Positions 37,519-51,039 of a stretch of DNA of 64,000 nt are shown here, piece by piece (within the stretch, counting starts at the first letter, position 1; each line of letters begins with the position of its first letter). The position numbers and the translations under genes were made by a program. The notes beneath the pieces were generated by a model. That model saw nothing but the letters and a program-made list of their open reading frames with translations. It was not told where the DNA came from and did not search any database. Source of the DNA: Octopus sinensis (taxonomy: Eukaryota); the NCBI RefSeq assembly GCF_006345805.1, contig NC_043008.1, positions 28,644,001 through 28,708,000 on the forward strand, given 5' to 3'.

Positions 37519-38345
37519 CACAGACGCACACATATATATATACATACATATATATATATTCTCCCTCTTACCCTTCTTCCCTCTTCTTCCCTTCTTTCCC
37601 TTCTTCCCCCTTCTTCCCTCTTCTCCCTCTTCTTCCCTCTTCCCCTCTCTCCCCTACTCTCTTCTCCCTTCCCTCTTTCTCTCTGTTCCCTCACTCCCCT
37701 TATTTCCCCTCTCCCCCTCCCTCCTTCTCCACACTCCCCCTCTCCCTCCTCCTCTCCTCTCTCCCCCTCCTCCCTCATCCGCCTCCTCCTCCTCCTCTCC
37801 TCTCTCACCTCCTCCTCCTCTCTCCATTCCTCCTGCTCCCCTCCACTCCTCTCTCCCCCACCCATCCCCGCTTTTCTCTTCTCTCCACCTTCCCTATCCT
37901 TCCCACTCCCCGTCCCCCACTCTACCCCCACACCTTACCCCTATCCCACGCTTCTCCCCAACATACCTCACCCCTATCCCATACCCCTCCCCCACATACA
38001 TCAACTCTAAGCCCACCCTCTACCTACCCCCACTCTACCCCACCTGTGCTTTCCCCACTCTCGCCTCCCCACCTCCCCACAACACTACACTATGCCATAC
38101 AAAATTACACATCACATCACAATACACCACCCACACACCCACAGCACACCACCCACACACCCATCCCCACCTCTTTACACCTACACATACACATATCACA
38201 TCACAACAGACCACTCCTACACCCATCCCCACATCTCCACACCCACACATAGATACATATACACGTCCAGACCACCAGTTCTCTTTCACACGCACTTACA
38301 TACTCTCTTACACACACACGCACTTACATACTCTCTTAAACACAC
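37405..38345. repeat. (TA)n followed by a long C/T-rich then C/A-rich low-complexity tract
   Basis: The + strand is almost free of G. The overlapping Pro/Ser/Leu/His ORFs are compositional artefacts. Confidence 0.9.
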
Positions 38346-38379
38346 ATGTGTTGGGGCTGTTGACCCTGTTATCTCCCCT

Positions 38380-38608
38380 ACTGTCCCTCTCACGTCTGAC
38401 CACCGTCCGAAGTCAGGACGCCATGATAGATCGTTAGCTCCTACACGCATTATTTTCGCTCCTTGATTTTTTTCTGTGTATCATTCTGTCGAAGAGCGTA
38501 GGCTCGAAACGTAAAATACTTTTTATATTCCTGAGCGCTATACTAATACATTTGTTTGTTTGTACTCCACCTTTCTTCGTCTTTTGTCTATTTTCGTAAG
38601 CTTTCCCT
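38380..38608 (+). mobile_element. Penelope-pLTR-like remnant with a minimal hammerhead-like motif
   Basis: CTGTCGA-A-GAGC-GTAG-GCTC-GAAA-CGTA at 38486-38513. The downstream CCTGAGCG segment loosely resembles the reverse complement of 5755-5850. Confidence 0.55.
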
Positions 38609-39489
38609 ATATATATATATATATTATATATATATATATATATTATATATATATATATATACAGACATGTATGAAGTAAATAGACAACTTTAATTTTCAA
38701 GTTTTCTGACCTAAGGGCCTCAATATGGTTTTAGCGGTATAAAATTTACAATGTAATCATTATTTTAATTCTAGGTGCCATTATATTAAACATTTGCAAA
38801 TAGTAACCATGCCACGCACAAAAAATTCAGCAGAACAGTCAAATTTTCAAAGAGGTCGTATTGTTGTGCAATCTTAAGTTGGTCATAGCGAGTGAAAAAT
38901 TGCCGAAAATCTTCAAATTCCTCTTGATATCGTTAATAGAATAATAGTGTAATTCAAAAGCCCAGGAAAGAAAGCAACAGATAACCGACGCGGCCGACAT
39001 GAGCCCTCGGAAAGGAAGCTTCGATGTTTGAAGAATATTGTGGAAACGAATCCCCTTCAGAGGCTTGTGACGTTGCAAATCAGCTAGAAGTTAGTCCAAG
39101 AACGTGTGTTACATATCTACATAAGCTTTTGTATTATAGACGAGCAGCTAGAAGTAAACGTCTCCTTCAACCAATTAATATCAAATAAAGGATTTTGAAA
39201 ATTAAAGTTGTCCATTTACTTCCTGCATGTCTGTATATATATATATATATATACCTTGTGAATCGTGGAACATAAATGCTAAGAAAATTGTAAATCAATA
39301 TGGAAATATGAGTTTATTTCATTAGGTGTGAAAATATTCGTTGCACAGCTGCTAAATAGTAACTAATAAATTCTCTAAGTGCAAGTAACCATTGCATGCA
39401 TACTTTCACACACGCACATCTATACACATACACACACACACACACATATGTATGTATGAGTGTATCAACACACACACACATATATATAC

Positions 39490-39709
39490 TCTTTTACTAT
39501 TTTACTTGTTTCAGTCATTTGAATGCGGCCCTGCTGGAGCACCGCCTTTAATCGAGCAACTCGACCCCGGGACTTATTTTTTTGTAAGCCCAGTACTTAT
39601 TCTATCGGTCTCTTCTGCCGAACCGCTAAGTAACGGGGACATAAACACACCAGCATCGGTTGTCAAGCAATGCTAGGGGGACAAACACACTCACACAAAC
39701 ACACACACG

Positions 39710-39743
<34 letters not shown>

Positions 39744-39919
39744 ATATATACATATATACGACGGGCTTCTTTCAGTTTCCGTCTACCAAATTAACTCACA
39801 AGGCTTTGGTCGGCCCGAGGTTATAGTAGAAGACACTTGCCCAAAGTGCCACGCAGTGGGACTGAACCCGGAACCATGTGGTTGGTAAACAGGCTACTTA
39901 CCACACATCCACTCCTGCG

Positions 39920-39922
<3 letters not shown>
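39490..39922 (-). mobile_element. tRNA-derived SINE (second family) with an internal microsatellite
   Basis: Minus-strand head GGCGCAGGAGTGGATGTGTGGTAAG...GGTTCAGTCCC (A and B boxes) and CACTTTGGGCAAGTGTCTT. The tail contains GTCCCGGGGTCGA...GACTGAAACAAGTAAAA. Confidence 0.82.
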
Positions 39923-39980
<58 letters not shown>

Positions 39981-39993
39981 CATGCATATGTAC

Positions 39994-40024
<31 letters not shown>

Positions 40025-40039
40025 CACAAAAGCATGAAT

Positions 40040-40445
40040 ATTCTTTTCTATTCTAGGCAAAAGGCCCGATCCCGAAATTTGGGGGATGGGGACAGTCAAT
40101 TAGATCGACTCCAGTGCGCAACTGTTACTTAAATTTATCAATCCATCAAGGATGAAAGGCAAAGTCGATCTCGGGGGAATTTAAACTCAGAACGTAATGG
40201 CTGACGAAATACCTACTTCTTTACTACCCACAAGGGGCTAAACACAGAGAAGACAAACAAGGACAGACAGACGGATTAAGTTGATTATATCGACCCCAGG
40301 GCGTAACTGGTACTTAATTTATCGACCCCGAAAAGATGAAAGGCAAAGTCTACCTCGGCAGAAATTCAACTCAGAAGGTAGCGGCAGACGAAATACTGCT
40401 GAGCATTTCGCCCGGCGTGCTAACGTTTCTACCAGCTCGCCGCCT
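40040..40445 (-). mobile_element. Dimeric or tandem tRNA-derived SINE with two Nin/Deu-like domains
   Basis: GATGAAAGGCAAAGTC occurs twice (about 40151 and 40335). The tRNA-like head AGGCGGCGAGCTGGTAGAAACGTTAGC begins at 40445. Confidence 0.82.
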
Positions 40446-41849
40446 TACAAAAGCATAAATATTAAAACATAAATGAATTTTTCTATTTACTGCCGATATC
40501 AACCTTTCTTGATCTGAACGCATGTTAATTTTTTCAACACAAATGGAAGCATTATGATCGACACCATAACTTTTTTTATTCATAACATTTTTCGTACTAC
40601 AACATTGTAAGTAAAATTTATGGAAATAATATAAAATAACAACAGTTTATTTTTATATTCCATATCTTTTTTTTTTCTGGAATATATGCATTTACTTATG
40701 ATTTTTTCGTCATAAATAGTTCAGTTAGAAGATCTCTCCATTAACAATCTCACATTTATATCATTCTAATATATAAATTTTTATCTAGTCTAACAATGAA
40801 TGTGTTGTTAGAGATGACATTTTTTTAAAACACAGACTTTATTTCTTTATTTTAAAACTCTTGCTTCAATAATTTATTCTCCTTCAAATTATTTATTTAA
40901 GATTAATCTATGCATCTGCTTGTGGTGCGATCATTAATTACATAGATTAAAAATAATCGATTATGAATCAAGATTAATTCAAATTGTTTCATATATATCG
41001 CATTGTGTCTGATGTAGAACTGGTTCATAATGATATATCAATTTAAAACTTTCACAGAAGTATTTCAGTAATAATCATTTATCAGAACTGGAAGAGAATG
41101 CCTATAAGCATATTATCTTAGAGACCAATTTATTGTGACAATGCTATTGACATTCAGTTTCATCCTCCAATAATTAGTGTTAAAGTTTTGAAAAGGAACA
41201 AAAATCATACATTTCTAATGTTCTGATGTGAAAAGTCTAAGGGTATATCCTTATGTGTGAAATACAAACAGTCAAAAGCAGAGATTAGAGTGTATCATAT
41301 GCGGCATATTACTTGCTGATCCAGGTGTTTAAAAGATGGCGACAGGTGAACAGAAAATTAAGGACATTTATTTGCGTCATTGGCGAAAAACTGTTGATTA
41401 ATGTACTATGTAACTGTCGAGCTGTTTATTACTTCAGTGTATGTTGTTTCCGTGAGTAGGAACCCTGCTCACACATACATTAGGAAAATGCACTTTACGG
41501 GTTTATGAATTTTTTCCCAAATCATCATGCTGTATAGCGTTACAGCTGCAGCACTTTCAGAGTAATGCAAAGTTTTACGAACTAATGTTATCATGTAGAA
41601 ATTGCGAGGTATATCGTTGTATGTTTGAAGTTCATACATTGATTATACATTCTTTACTAACTGTTTCGTCTTAGTGTAGATAGTGAAATTTAAACGGAAA
41701 TAACGGGAGTTCATTATATTTGGGAGATCCTCTAAATATTTGATATACACCCACACTGTTGCCTACACACACACAAACAAACACACACACATACATAATT
41801 ATATGTATACATATACAGATAAAAATATGCACTTTCCGCATATATATTT

Positions 41850-41993
<144 letters not shown>

Positions 41994-41999
41994 GGTATA

Positions 42000-43204
42000 C
42001 GAGTGTTAGCAAGAAATGTTCACAGGCTGAGAAATATACTCTCACAGAATGCAACCAAATGAGGTTTATATGTCAACATACCCCTTCTTATTTTTCTCCA
42101 GACATTGTTTATCGGGGTTGCATTGCTTGTATTCTGTTTGATGAAGAGAGTCTGAACTTGGTCAAAAACATCATTGTCAGAAGATATGTCGTGTGTTTTT
42201 TTTTATGATGGGAAACAGATGATAGCCCCATAGTGCTAAATCAAAATAACAGAGAAGATTATTAACTAGTTCGAAGCCACACTCTAGCACAGCAGCCATT
42301 GAAACACAGTATTTGTGCGTTGGATTAAACACGTCCTTTTTCATCAGTTTTTCAGAGAGTTTTGTCTTCATAGCCTTTTTTAACTGCCTCCGCAATTTGG
42401 CATACTACATTCCATTGATAGCATGTCTTCTTTGAAAAGAGGCAATAAATACAATGCCCTTTACATCTGCAAAAACTAATGCCATCACCTTCCCTGCGGT
42501 TGAAACGTCCTCAGATTTCTTTGGAGAAGTTGAGCGGAGTGATTCCACTGTATGGGTTGCTTTTTAGTTTCTGGCTCAACGGCATGAACCCAGCAATTAT
42601 CCTGATTTTAAAATCGTTGAAGGAAATTAGATGGACCTGTTTCAAACTATATCAGATTATTCCGTGATTTAAGCAGTCTGGTGCATTTTTGATCTAATGT
42701 CAGAAGAAATGGAACCCACCGAACAGATACTTTTGGTCCTGCAAAGTTTCTTGTGTAGAATATTCTGAAATTTCTCATATGATATAACATTAGCTGTTTA
42801 ATTTAGTCAACTGCTAGTCATCCATCTGCATGTGATGGACATGATCAATGATTTCCCCGGTGGTAACAGATGCAGGACAACCAGGTCCTGGCTCATCTTC
42901 AACTAATTTCACCTGCCCACTTCACTCTGTTGATAAATCTATCGCCATCGTCTGATACAGCAGCCATCCTTGGGGTTAAACCCTTTTTTCTTGCAGGTAA
43001 TTGATAACACTATGATTCCGAATTTTATCAATTTTCCAGAGAAATCATAACTAGCTGCTTTGAATTCTTCTTTGAACAATCAACTTTAAATTAAATGATG
43101 AGAAACAATGGAGTTATTAATAAGAAAGTTGAGATTAATGGGTGTGCGATTTATAAGATTTATCATCACTACTTCAAAGTCAGTATATTCGAGACCCAAC
43201 CTCG
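42000..43204 (-). mobile_element. Mariner transposon, decayed
   Basis: TA-CGAG...CTCG-TA ends. Minus strand has WVPFLL (WVPHEL motif) and CYFDLALWGYHLFP (YSPDLAPSDYHLF motif). Length is about 1.2 kb. Confidence 0.82.
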
Positions 43205-44559
43205 TATGCATATCTTTACAATATTTGCTTGCACCAAGTGACTTATTTTGTTATCAATTTGCAGCTAAACAGATTCATACTTTATGGAATAACATAAAGG
43301 TTAAGTCTTGGTATAAATTTTGTTTGTAAAGTGTCCATTCATCTGTAGATATATTCTCCTTTTTGGGGTATGGATTTGTTTATACCAATAGCATATCGTA
43401 AAGTGTTCATGCTGTATTTTAGATAAAATTTTCTTTGCAGTCAACTAGAAATCAGCCATGAATAACACATTTCTAGAGGTCATGATATATTAAAGATCGT
43501 CTGTTTTTCTTTTAGAAATGTTTATCTCATTTGCCAACAGGCTGAATATTCATTCCGTAAATGTATTCATTTGCAGACACTCACGAGCGGATATTTCCCA
43601 CAAATCAAAGTGACATAATGATAAAGCCAGAAGAAATGGAATAATTGCTACTCAGATTGTTGATAGGCGCAGATAACATTTTTAAAATAATCAAAAATAT
43701 CTATTTACTACTTTCATTGATTAGTCTGGAACTATGCTTGTGCAGTGTTTATGATAACAAAGACCTGCTAGCAATAATGAAAGTTTATATTATTAAACGG
43801 AAAGTGAGAACTGGATGGAACCATGTACCACAAGATATTTATAATGGTGACTCATGTATTATTTACGCTAGATGTCATATGTAACAATTCTAAGTATCAA
43901 GATAAAAACCATTAATTCTAATAACTGATGTGCTTTAGATTTATATAAACTAGCAGGAAATTAATAAATATCAAAATAAGATAACAGTTACATTCGACAA
44001 TTTAAACAAGAAATATATATTGCCATTATCATTTCTCTACATTATGAAAATTATTGCTGCTAGCAATAACTTCTTCGTATTCATGGGCTGGCATTAATTC
44101 TCCCAGGTATATACCCGTTATGTAGTTAACAATTCAATAAATATTATATTGTTCACCGGATTGTTATCATTAAATGGACATTTATATTATTTCTATTAAC
44201 TATAAGCGAGTCCGAATAAATAAATTGAAGACGTATGCTACGATACTACTTCTGAGATATACAACACAGAAAAGTAGTTCTGATTCAAAAACACTGGAAA
44301 TAAACATATGAAACCGAATAACCTGAAAATATTAGATGCTATATTACAATTCTTTTTATAAGTGCTACTGAATAATTTATTCACTATGGCTTAACGTATG
44401 TAAGCAATTAATAGAGACCACGTGTGAATAGAAATTCAATATATCTGTTTTGTAGACTTTTGTAAATCTAGCCAAACAAGAAACGGAGGTTACAACCGGA
44501 GAAACATACTACCTAAAAGGAGTTCACGAAGAATTGTAACGTAGTTCCTTATCGCCAGT

Positions 44560-47500
44560 TATTGTAGTATCACCACTATAACCGTGTAGTAAAAATAAAT
44601 ATATAACGAAGCAGGGTACCAACAACGTAACAAACCAACAAACACTCCAAGAAATATACACGGACCAACAAACTATATTCCAACAAACTACCAAAGCGAC
44701 ACCTTACGACTTCCTTCGATTAACGCCTACTCTCCCTGTCTTTCACGGCGATTAGACCGCTACTAATTATAGTCGTGCGCACAAGTCTATTCTTGCAGGG
44801 GGTGTCGTGACTCTCGCTACAACATCTCCACTTTTGAGATTTCGACTTCTGTAGGAAACGATTTTTTTTTCTTTCTTTCCAAAAACTTTCCCTCCTTGAA
44901 ATTTGCTTCCCGAGGGAGTTCTGTACCTTTTCCACTTAGGAATTATTTCTAAATGATCAGTTTACATTCTCTATTACTATTTCTTCTAGACTCAATCTCT
45001 TTCGGTGCTGAAACATCGAACGTGTCGTAAAACTCTTCCATTATAATTTCCTTTTTCTTCTGTATGACTGATATTTAGATGATTTAGGCGTTGTTTGCAC
45101 TCCTATTGTTGGCTTTTATTTCCAGTACTTTTAGTCACTACACCATCCCGCCAGCTCTCTTTACCATTATTGTATATTTCGAAAAAAACTTTGTCTCCGA
45201 CATCAAAATGTTTCGTCGAATATTTTTGTATTTTCTTTATACTTATTTTTCTTTGGCAAGAATTTGTCGAAGATCTATTTAATCTTCCAAGCGAACATTA
45301 ACTATGGAAGCAACTTGCCTGAATTGTTATTCGGTTTGGGCGTTATTCTGTACACTCTTAATAATTTAGTTAGCGCTTCGAGATATTCCAACTCGTTCCT
45401 TGCTTTTTTGAACGCTCACTTGAAAGTATCTACGAATCGTTTTGTTTGCTAATTTGACCTCGGTTGGTGGGGTGGGTTTAACATGTGCTTCATTGTGTGA
45501 AGTTTTCAGAATTTATTGAACTCGTATCCCGTAAATTGTGTTCCATTGCCTGATACCATAATGTCCGGAATACCGTAACGAGCAACATGTTCGTGCAGGA
45601 ACATTTTTCTTTGCATTCTAGGTAGATTGTCCGCACCCACATACTACCGGCCACTTCGTAAAGCTATCAACAATGATGAAGTAGAACGCGCCATTCACTA
45701 GTTCAGTGTAGAATATATGTACACCGGACCATGGACAATTCCTCTCAGCTCGGCCACGATAATAATTTTCTAATAGTGCCTTTGCTGCTAGCGCACAGCC
45801 TCTATATGGTTTTACCGAATTTTCAATGTCCCGGTCTATTGTTGGCCAATATACGTAACTCCTCATCAAAACCTTCATTCTTGACATCCACGGGTATTCA
45901 TTATGAAATTAATGTAATATCCGTTTCTGTAGTGCAGTTGTGTGTATATCAATACGTCATTGTAGAGTGGAAAATGGTTCACATTCGTGTTCCCTTTTTG
46001 TTTATTTTTCCATATTTTCTTCATTTTAATGATGCACTTGCCCTTATATTTATGTAGCAAAACCGCTCCTACGCCGTATTCAGAAGTATCAGGAAGAAAA
46101 ATCACCGCTGCATAATCGAAATGAGCCAGGGACAAATCCGAAATTAATATTTTTTTAAATATCTTGAAATACCTTTTGACAGCTATTTGATCAATTCCAT
46201 TTAGCATCTTTTTTTAGCAAATTATTAAGTGAAGCTCTCAATTCATACATGTTCGGTATGTGATTTTGATAATAGTTCGATAGGTCTATTGTTATTTTGT
46301 TATGTTGGGAGAGGCATATTTTTAAATGCGCGTGCTCTCTATGGGTAAGGTTGTCTTCCATTTTTATGCCTAATTTGTCCTATAATCTTATCTATAATTT
46401 TAAGCAAAATATTTAACGTTTCATCTCACAAAGTGCGAAAACCCAATCTCTTATTTTTTAAAAAAGCACACTTTGTATGTTTGATATGCTGGACACGAGA
46501 TTCACGTTTAATTAATAGATCATCGTGATATGGAAATAAAAATTGACATTTCACCAATATCACATTCATAAGCTGTTTCGGCTTCGACCTTCAGAATTGC
46601 AATCTATTATGTTTGCATAGTCCTCTGTGCGTATTCATTGTTCGAAGCTTCGGTCATTTATCGTCTACTTTAATTTGTAGATACGCATCATACATATCTA
46701 GTTTCGAAAATATTTTGCCACCATTTGATTTTGCAAAAATATCCTCCGAAGTAGGCAGTGGATAGTGGCACATTAGAGTGTGTACCCATGTTTCAAAATG
46801 GGCGCACACTCTCAAGTATTTTATTTTTCAAATACGCACTGTTGGTGATGACCACTTAGTACGATCTGGTTTTCGAATAATTCCCAATTTCTCCATTCTG
46901 TCTAATTCCTCCTCTACCTGCTTTATCACAAAAATTATACATTTTTATTAGGTCTCATTGCAGGTACGACGTTTTCCTTCATTTGAAAACAGGCCACAGT
47001 GTTAGAACAGAAACCTAATTTATCCAACACTTTAGGAAACAAGTTTTTAAAATTGTTTTCTTCAATTCAACTGCTGAGTTATATTCAATGTTGGTATAGC
47101 TATTTATGTCTTTACAGATCAGATTATGAGGAGCTCCAATAAGCCAAACAACACCAACCAGTCCGCGCCGAACAGTTTGGTTACGTTTTTTACTAAGGAA
47201 ACTTTTGCTCTACAGTTCTTTTTCCGAAGAAACTTGATGTCCCTCCACATTTTGCCAAAGAAGTGTAGCTTTTCACCTGTCTCGCCAAGAGCAATTTTTG
47301 ATGTTTTTTTCACGTAGGTTTCCCAATTCTTTTCCACATGTTCCTATTGATTATCAAGATGTGGCTACCAGTATCTAGTTGTAATTTAATATTCCTTTCG
47401 TTTAGTTTTACATGTACAAATTTCCTCATTTTCGTGTCGCTTCTACTTTCCGTTGAGAAAACAAAGAATATTTAATGTTCAACCTGCCTAACTTTTCTCT

Positions 47501-47880
47501 GCAACATAAGCTCTTGTATCTTACTTCTTGGGAGCAGTAACATTTTCACCTTTTCAAAGGACAATTTACATGAAATGTAGGGTTCATGTGTTGGTCCTAG
47601 CATCTTTTTTTTTTATACCTTTCCAATGGGCATGCTTTTACTTGTGAGAACTCATTCTCTTCAATTTCTTTATATCCTGACGTAAGTTTAACATTCTTTG
47701 ACACACCTCTGCAGCTGCCTGCAGGGTTGATGTTTGGTCCGCTTGTTCTTGTTTTGTGAGAATTGTTGCTCCTTTCTCTTCATCTTTGTTTGCTGTAAGC
47801 CCTTGTACAAAAATGAGGTACTTAAACGTATGAGTTAATTACTCGAGTTTAAACTTTTCGCACAAAAATGTCAACCTCTC
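44560..47880 (-). mobile_element. Gypsy LTR retrotransposon remnant (gag-pol decayed) with an LTR at about 44560-44824
   Basis: Minus strand: protease LDTGSHIL, RT FSKLDMYDAYLQI, RNase H LAHFD...DTSEYGVGAVL, integrase MRSYVYWP, IIVDSFTKWP and SGNGTQFT. PPT AAAAGTGGAGA precedes TGTTG at 44824. Confidence 0.85.
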
Positions 47881-47936
47881 TTTTAACCAAATTCCCACAC
47901 TCGTATTGTGTATTAAATAGAGAATACTATATATAT

Positions 47937-48568
47937 AACGTAAGGTGTACTAGCCATCTGAATGTGGCTAGCCACTGGGGGTGGGGTGTTATTGATGCTT
48001 TTAGCCCCAGGCGATCAACGTCACCAGATGGACTTTAGACACAATCTCAGTGCCCTTGTGTTATTTGCAAATGGAGGTCAATCTCCCTCGAAAACCTAAG
48101 TGCTACATACGGACTATAGTTTCAAGGTAATTGCCTCTCGTCAACGCATGGTAAACACCGGTTTTCGATGAAGGAGACCCCTTGCAAATAATATTTAACG
48201 TTTTTCACAGCAACCACTGTCACCGATTTAGAAAAACTGTCTGAAAGCAATAATAAATCTCTGAACGAGATATAAACAGTAACCGCTCGACAACGTAAGG
48301 TGTACTAGCCATCTGAATGTGGCTAGCCACTGGGGGGTGGGGTGTTACTGATGCTTTTAGCCCCAGGCGATCAACGTCACCAGATGCTACTACTTTAGAA
48401 ACAGTAGTAGCACTTAGGTGTTCGAGGGAGGATGACCTCCCTTTGCAAATAACACAAGGGCACTGAGATTGTGTCTAAAGTCCATCTGGTGACGTTGGTC
48501 GCCTGGGGCTAAAAGCATCAGTAACACCCTACCCCCCAGTGGCTAGCCACTTTCAGATGGCTAGTACA
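47937..48568. repeat. 355-bp unit followed by a partial direct copy and an inverted copy (pLTR/retrozyme-like)
   Basis: AACGTAAGGTGTACTAGCC occurs at 47937 and 48292. Segment 48407-48568 is the reverse complement of about 47946-48106. Confidence 0.9.
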
Positions 48569-48879
48569 TTCAGTGAATGGTATTGGAATTTTGTGGAACA
48601 TTTGTGTGACCTAGAGATCATGGCTGAGCCTACGACTCATATTGGCACCAGATATCTTGCTCGGGGTTGTCTCTTGATAATGTCGATAAAATGGAGACGA
48701 TCTCTGAGGTTTCGTGCAAGCCTTATTGGTCCTAAAACTCTGCACAGGCATTGCTGACATTTGCTCGTTAAGGGCTACTTTTCTTTTCCTATATATATTT
48801 TAATTCAGTATATATGTATCTTTAATTTTATTTACTTTTAGTATATATTTATTTTAGTTTTATTCGGAAATCCTGTGGC

Positions 48880-51010
48880 TATGGGAAGGTGGTTAATAAT
48901 GCAGCGACCTGCACGTAGACAGCACATGCTAGATATAAAGTCGTCTCCTAGTCGCCCAAGTCAGCGGTAGTATTCGGTTACTGTTCGTCCACAAAATCTG
49001 GACGGAACTTGAACATTTCCTATAGGAATATGTGCATTCTGTTGGATAAAAAGAGTGCCTGAAGGACTGAAAAACGTACGGCACTTGTTGTTCGCGAGCT
49101 GAACAGCTATTACATTGATATAGCTGCACTTTCAAGGACTCGAATAGGTGATAGTCAGCTTGAAGAAGTAGGAGGTGGATACACCTTTTGTTTTGGAAGA
49201 GGAGATAGAAGGAGGAGCGTGTTGCCTTTGCAGTTCGATCTGATATCCTTAAGTAGCAGGTGGAGCTTCCTGTTTCTATAAATGGACGTCTAATGACTCT
49301 ACAATTGCACCTGAAAGGTGGGAGGTTTGCTACTCTAATAAGTGCTTAAGTACATACCTTGACTAGTTGTGATGAAGATAAAATAACTGTTAAACACACC
49401 TGAGAGCCATACTTAACAAATTCCCCTATTCTGACGGACTCATTCTACTGGGGGATTTCAATGCCAGGGTTGGAACAGAGTAGCAAACATGAAAATATCT
49501 ATGATATTTTGATGAAGGGAAAATGAACACCAACGATCACATGCTGCTTGAGATTTGTGATGAACATCTTTACATCTTAAGCACTAATTTTATGCTCTAA
49601 GGCGATCACACAACAACGTGAATGCATCCGAGATCTAACTTTGATACTTGATGGATTCTGTCATCATCAGCAAGCGTGACATCTACAACATTTGTAATAT
49701 CAAGTCCTGGAATCGGAATGCTGGTCAGGCCACAGTCTCGTGCGAGTAAAGTTCCGGATGATGACTAGAAGGAAAGAGAGAAGAGGGTCAGTCGGCATTC
49801 CTCGGTGTCTGAATGTCTACAAGGTATATGATGCTATATTGAGGAAAGAGCTTAAGACTCGCTTGTCCAGCATTGAAAGATTTTTGAGCCCATATTCTTC
49901 AATGAGCTGCTGAAAGATTGGGATATGCTAATGCCAGACATAGAGACTGCTTTGAAGATAATGATGCTGAAGTTCAGCAATTATTGGCTGTAAAACGCTA
50001 TGCAAATAATGTAATGTTGCACTGAGGAATTTCAGCCGTGCAGAAAAATCTAGCACTTGCTCAATAAAGCAGTGTAAAATCACTACTGTAGCGATCTCTG
50101 GTGGAAGGATATTGCTCGTGATGTTCAGGGTGCTAATGATGCAAATGACAGCAAGAAGCTTTATCATCTTATGAAACAAGTTTATGAAACTAAGTGCTCT
50201 GCACCAGCTCTTTTGCTGTCCGAAGAGACTTCCACTCTATTTTCTAAATCAACAGAAAACACACTTCGCTGGATTGAACACTTCTCTAAACTCCTAAATG
50301 ATGAGTCTGTAGTGGATGAAGCAGTAGCTGATACTATGCAAAAAAGAGCTATCATGGGCTCCTTAAATTTCACACCCTCAATAGATGAGGTAATGACATC
50401 AATAAGTGAATTAAATCTTGGTAGGTCACCGAGAAAGGATGAAATTTGGGCTGAGGTCTTGCGATTTAGTGATGATTACTTCATACAATCCCTTCATAAA
50501 CTTATTAGCGTAGCCTAAGAAATTGAAGTATGCAACTTTTCTTTCTCACTATAAAGGAAAAGAAACCAATTCAACGTGTGGTAAGTAGACGCATTGCTGG
50601 CAAGGTTCTGGCATATATTCTTCTTAACCGCCTAAATGGGTGTCTCGTAAATGATGTCTAACCGCCTAAATGGGTGTCTCGTAAATTTCGTAGAGGGACA
50701 ATGGATATCATATTCATAGCAAGCAGATGCAGTAGAAATACTACCAGCAGTATATGGCTATTGTCCAAGTAATCATTGGTTTCACCAAGGCCTTTCATTA
50801 TTTGAATAGGGCCTTGCTTTGGAAAATACTTTGCAAACTGGGATGTCCGGATCACTTTGTATCTATAATTAAATCACTTAATGATGGGATAGAGGCTTGG
50901 GTCAATGTTGATGGTGGCAATACGGTACTCATTCCTGTAGGGAATGGTATCAAGCAGAGTGACATCGTTGCCCCTACTCTGTTTTTTTGTACTTTGTTGC
51001 TGCTTTACTC
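48880..51010 (+). mobile_element. RTE-clade LINE, decayed (APE + partial RT)
   Basis: DIAALS, GGYTF, ILLGDFNARVG, HPRS, ECWS, RWIEHFSKLLN, LWKILCKLGCP and NGIKQSDIVAPTLF. Confidence 0.85.
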
Positions 51011-51039
51011 ATGCAGACATTCCTGGATATATTAAAAAC

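Noticed and set aside
37406-38466. 343-aa, 264-aa and 196-aa Pro/Ser-rich ORFs resembling extensins
   Set aside because: All three plus frames are open because the C-rich, G-poor strand rarely forms stop codons. There is no domain signal.
41325-41460. AAGATGGCG (YY1-like) motif and a GTGAGT donor-like site suggesting a promoter or first exon
   Set aside because: These are isolated short motifs expected by chance, with no supporting ORF or CpG enrichment.
47937-48568. CRISPR array or LTR pair
   Set aside because: There is no short repeat-spacer periodicity, no cas genes and the context is eukaryotic. TG...CA ends, PBS and PPT are also absent.
50625-50686. 28-bp direct repeat in the RTE RT region (similar small duplication at 14160-14215)
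   Set aside because: Ordinary local duplications within dead TE copies.
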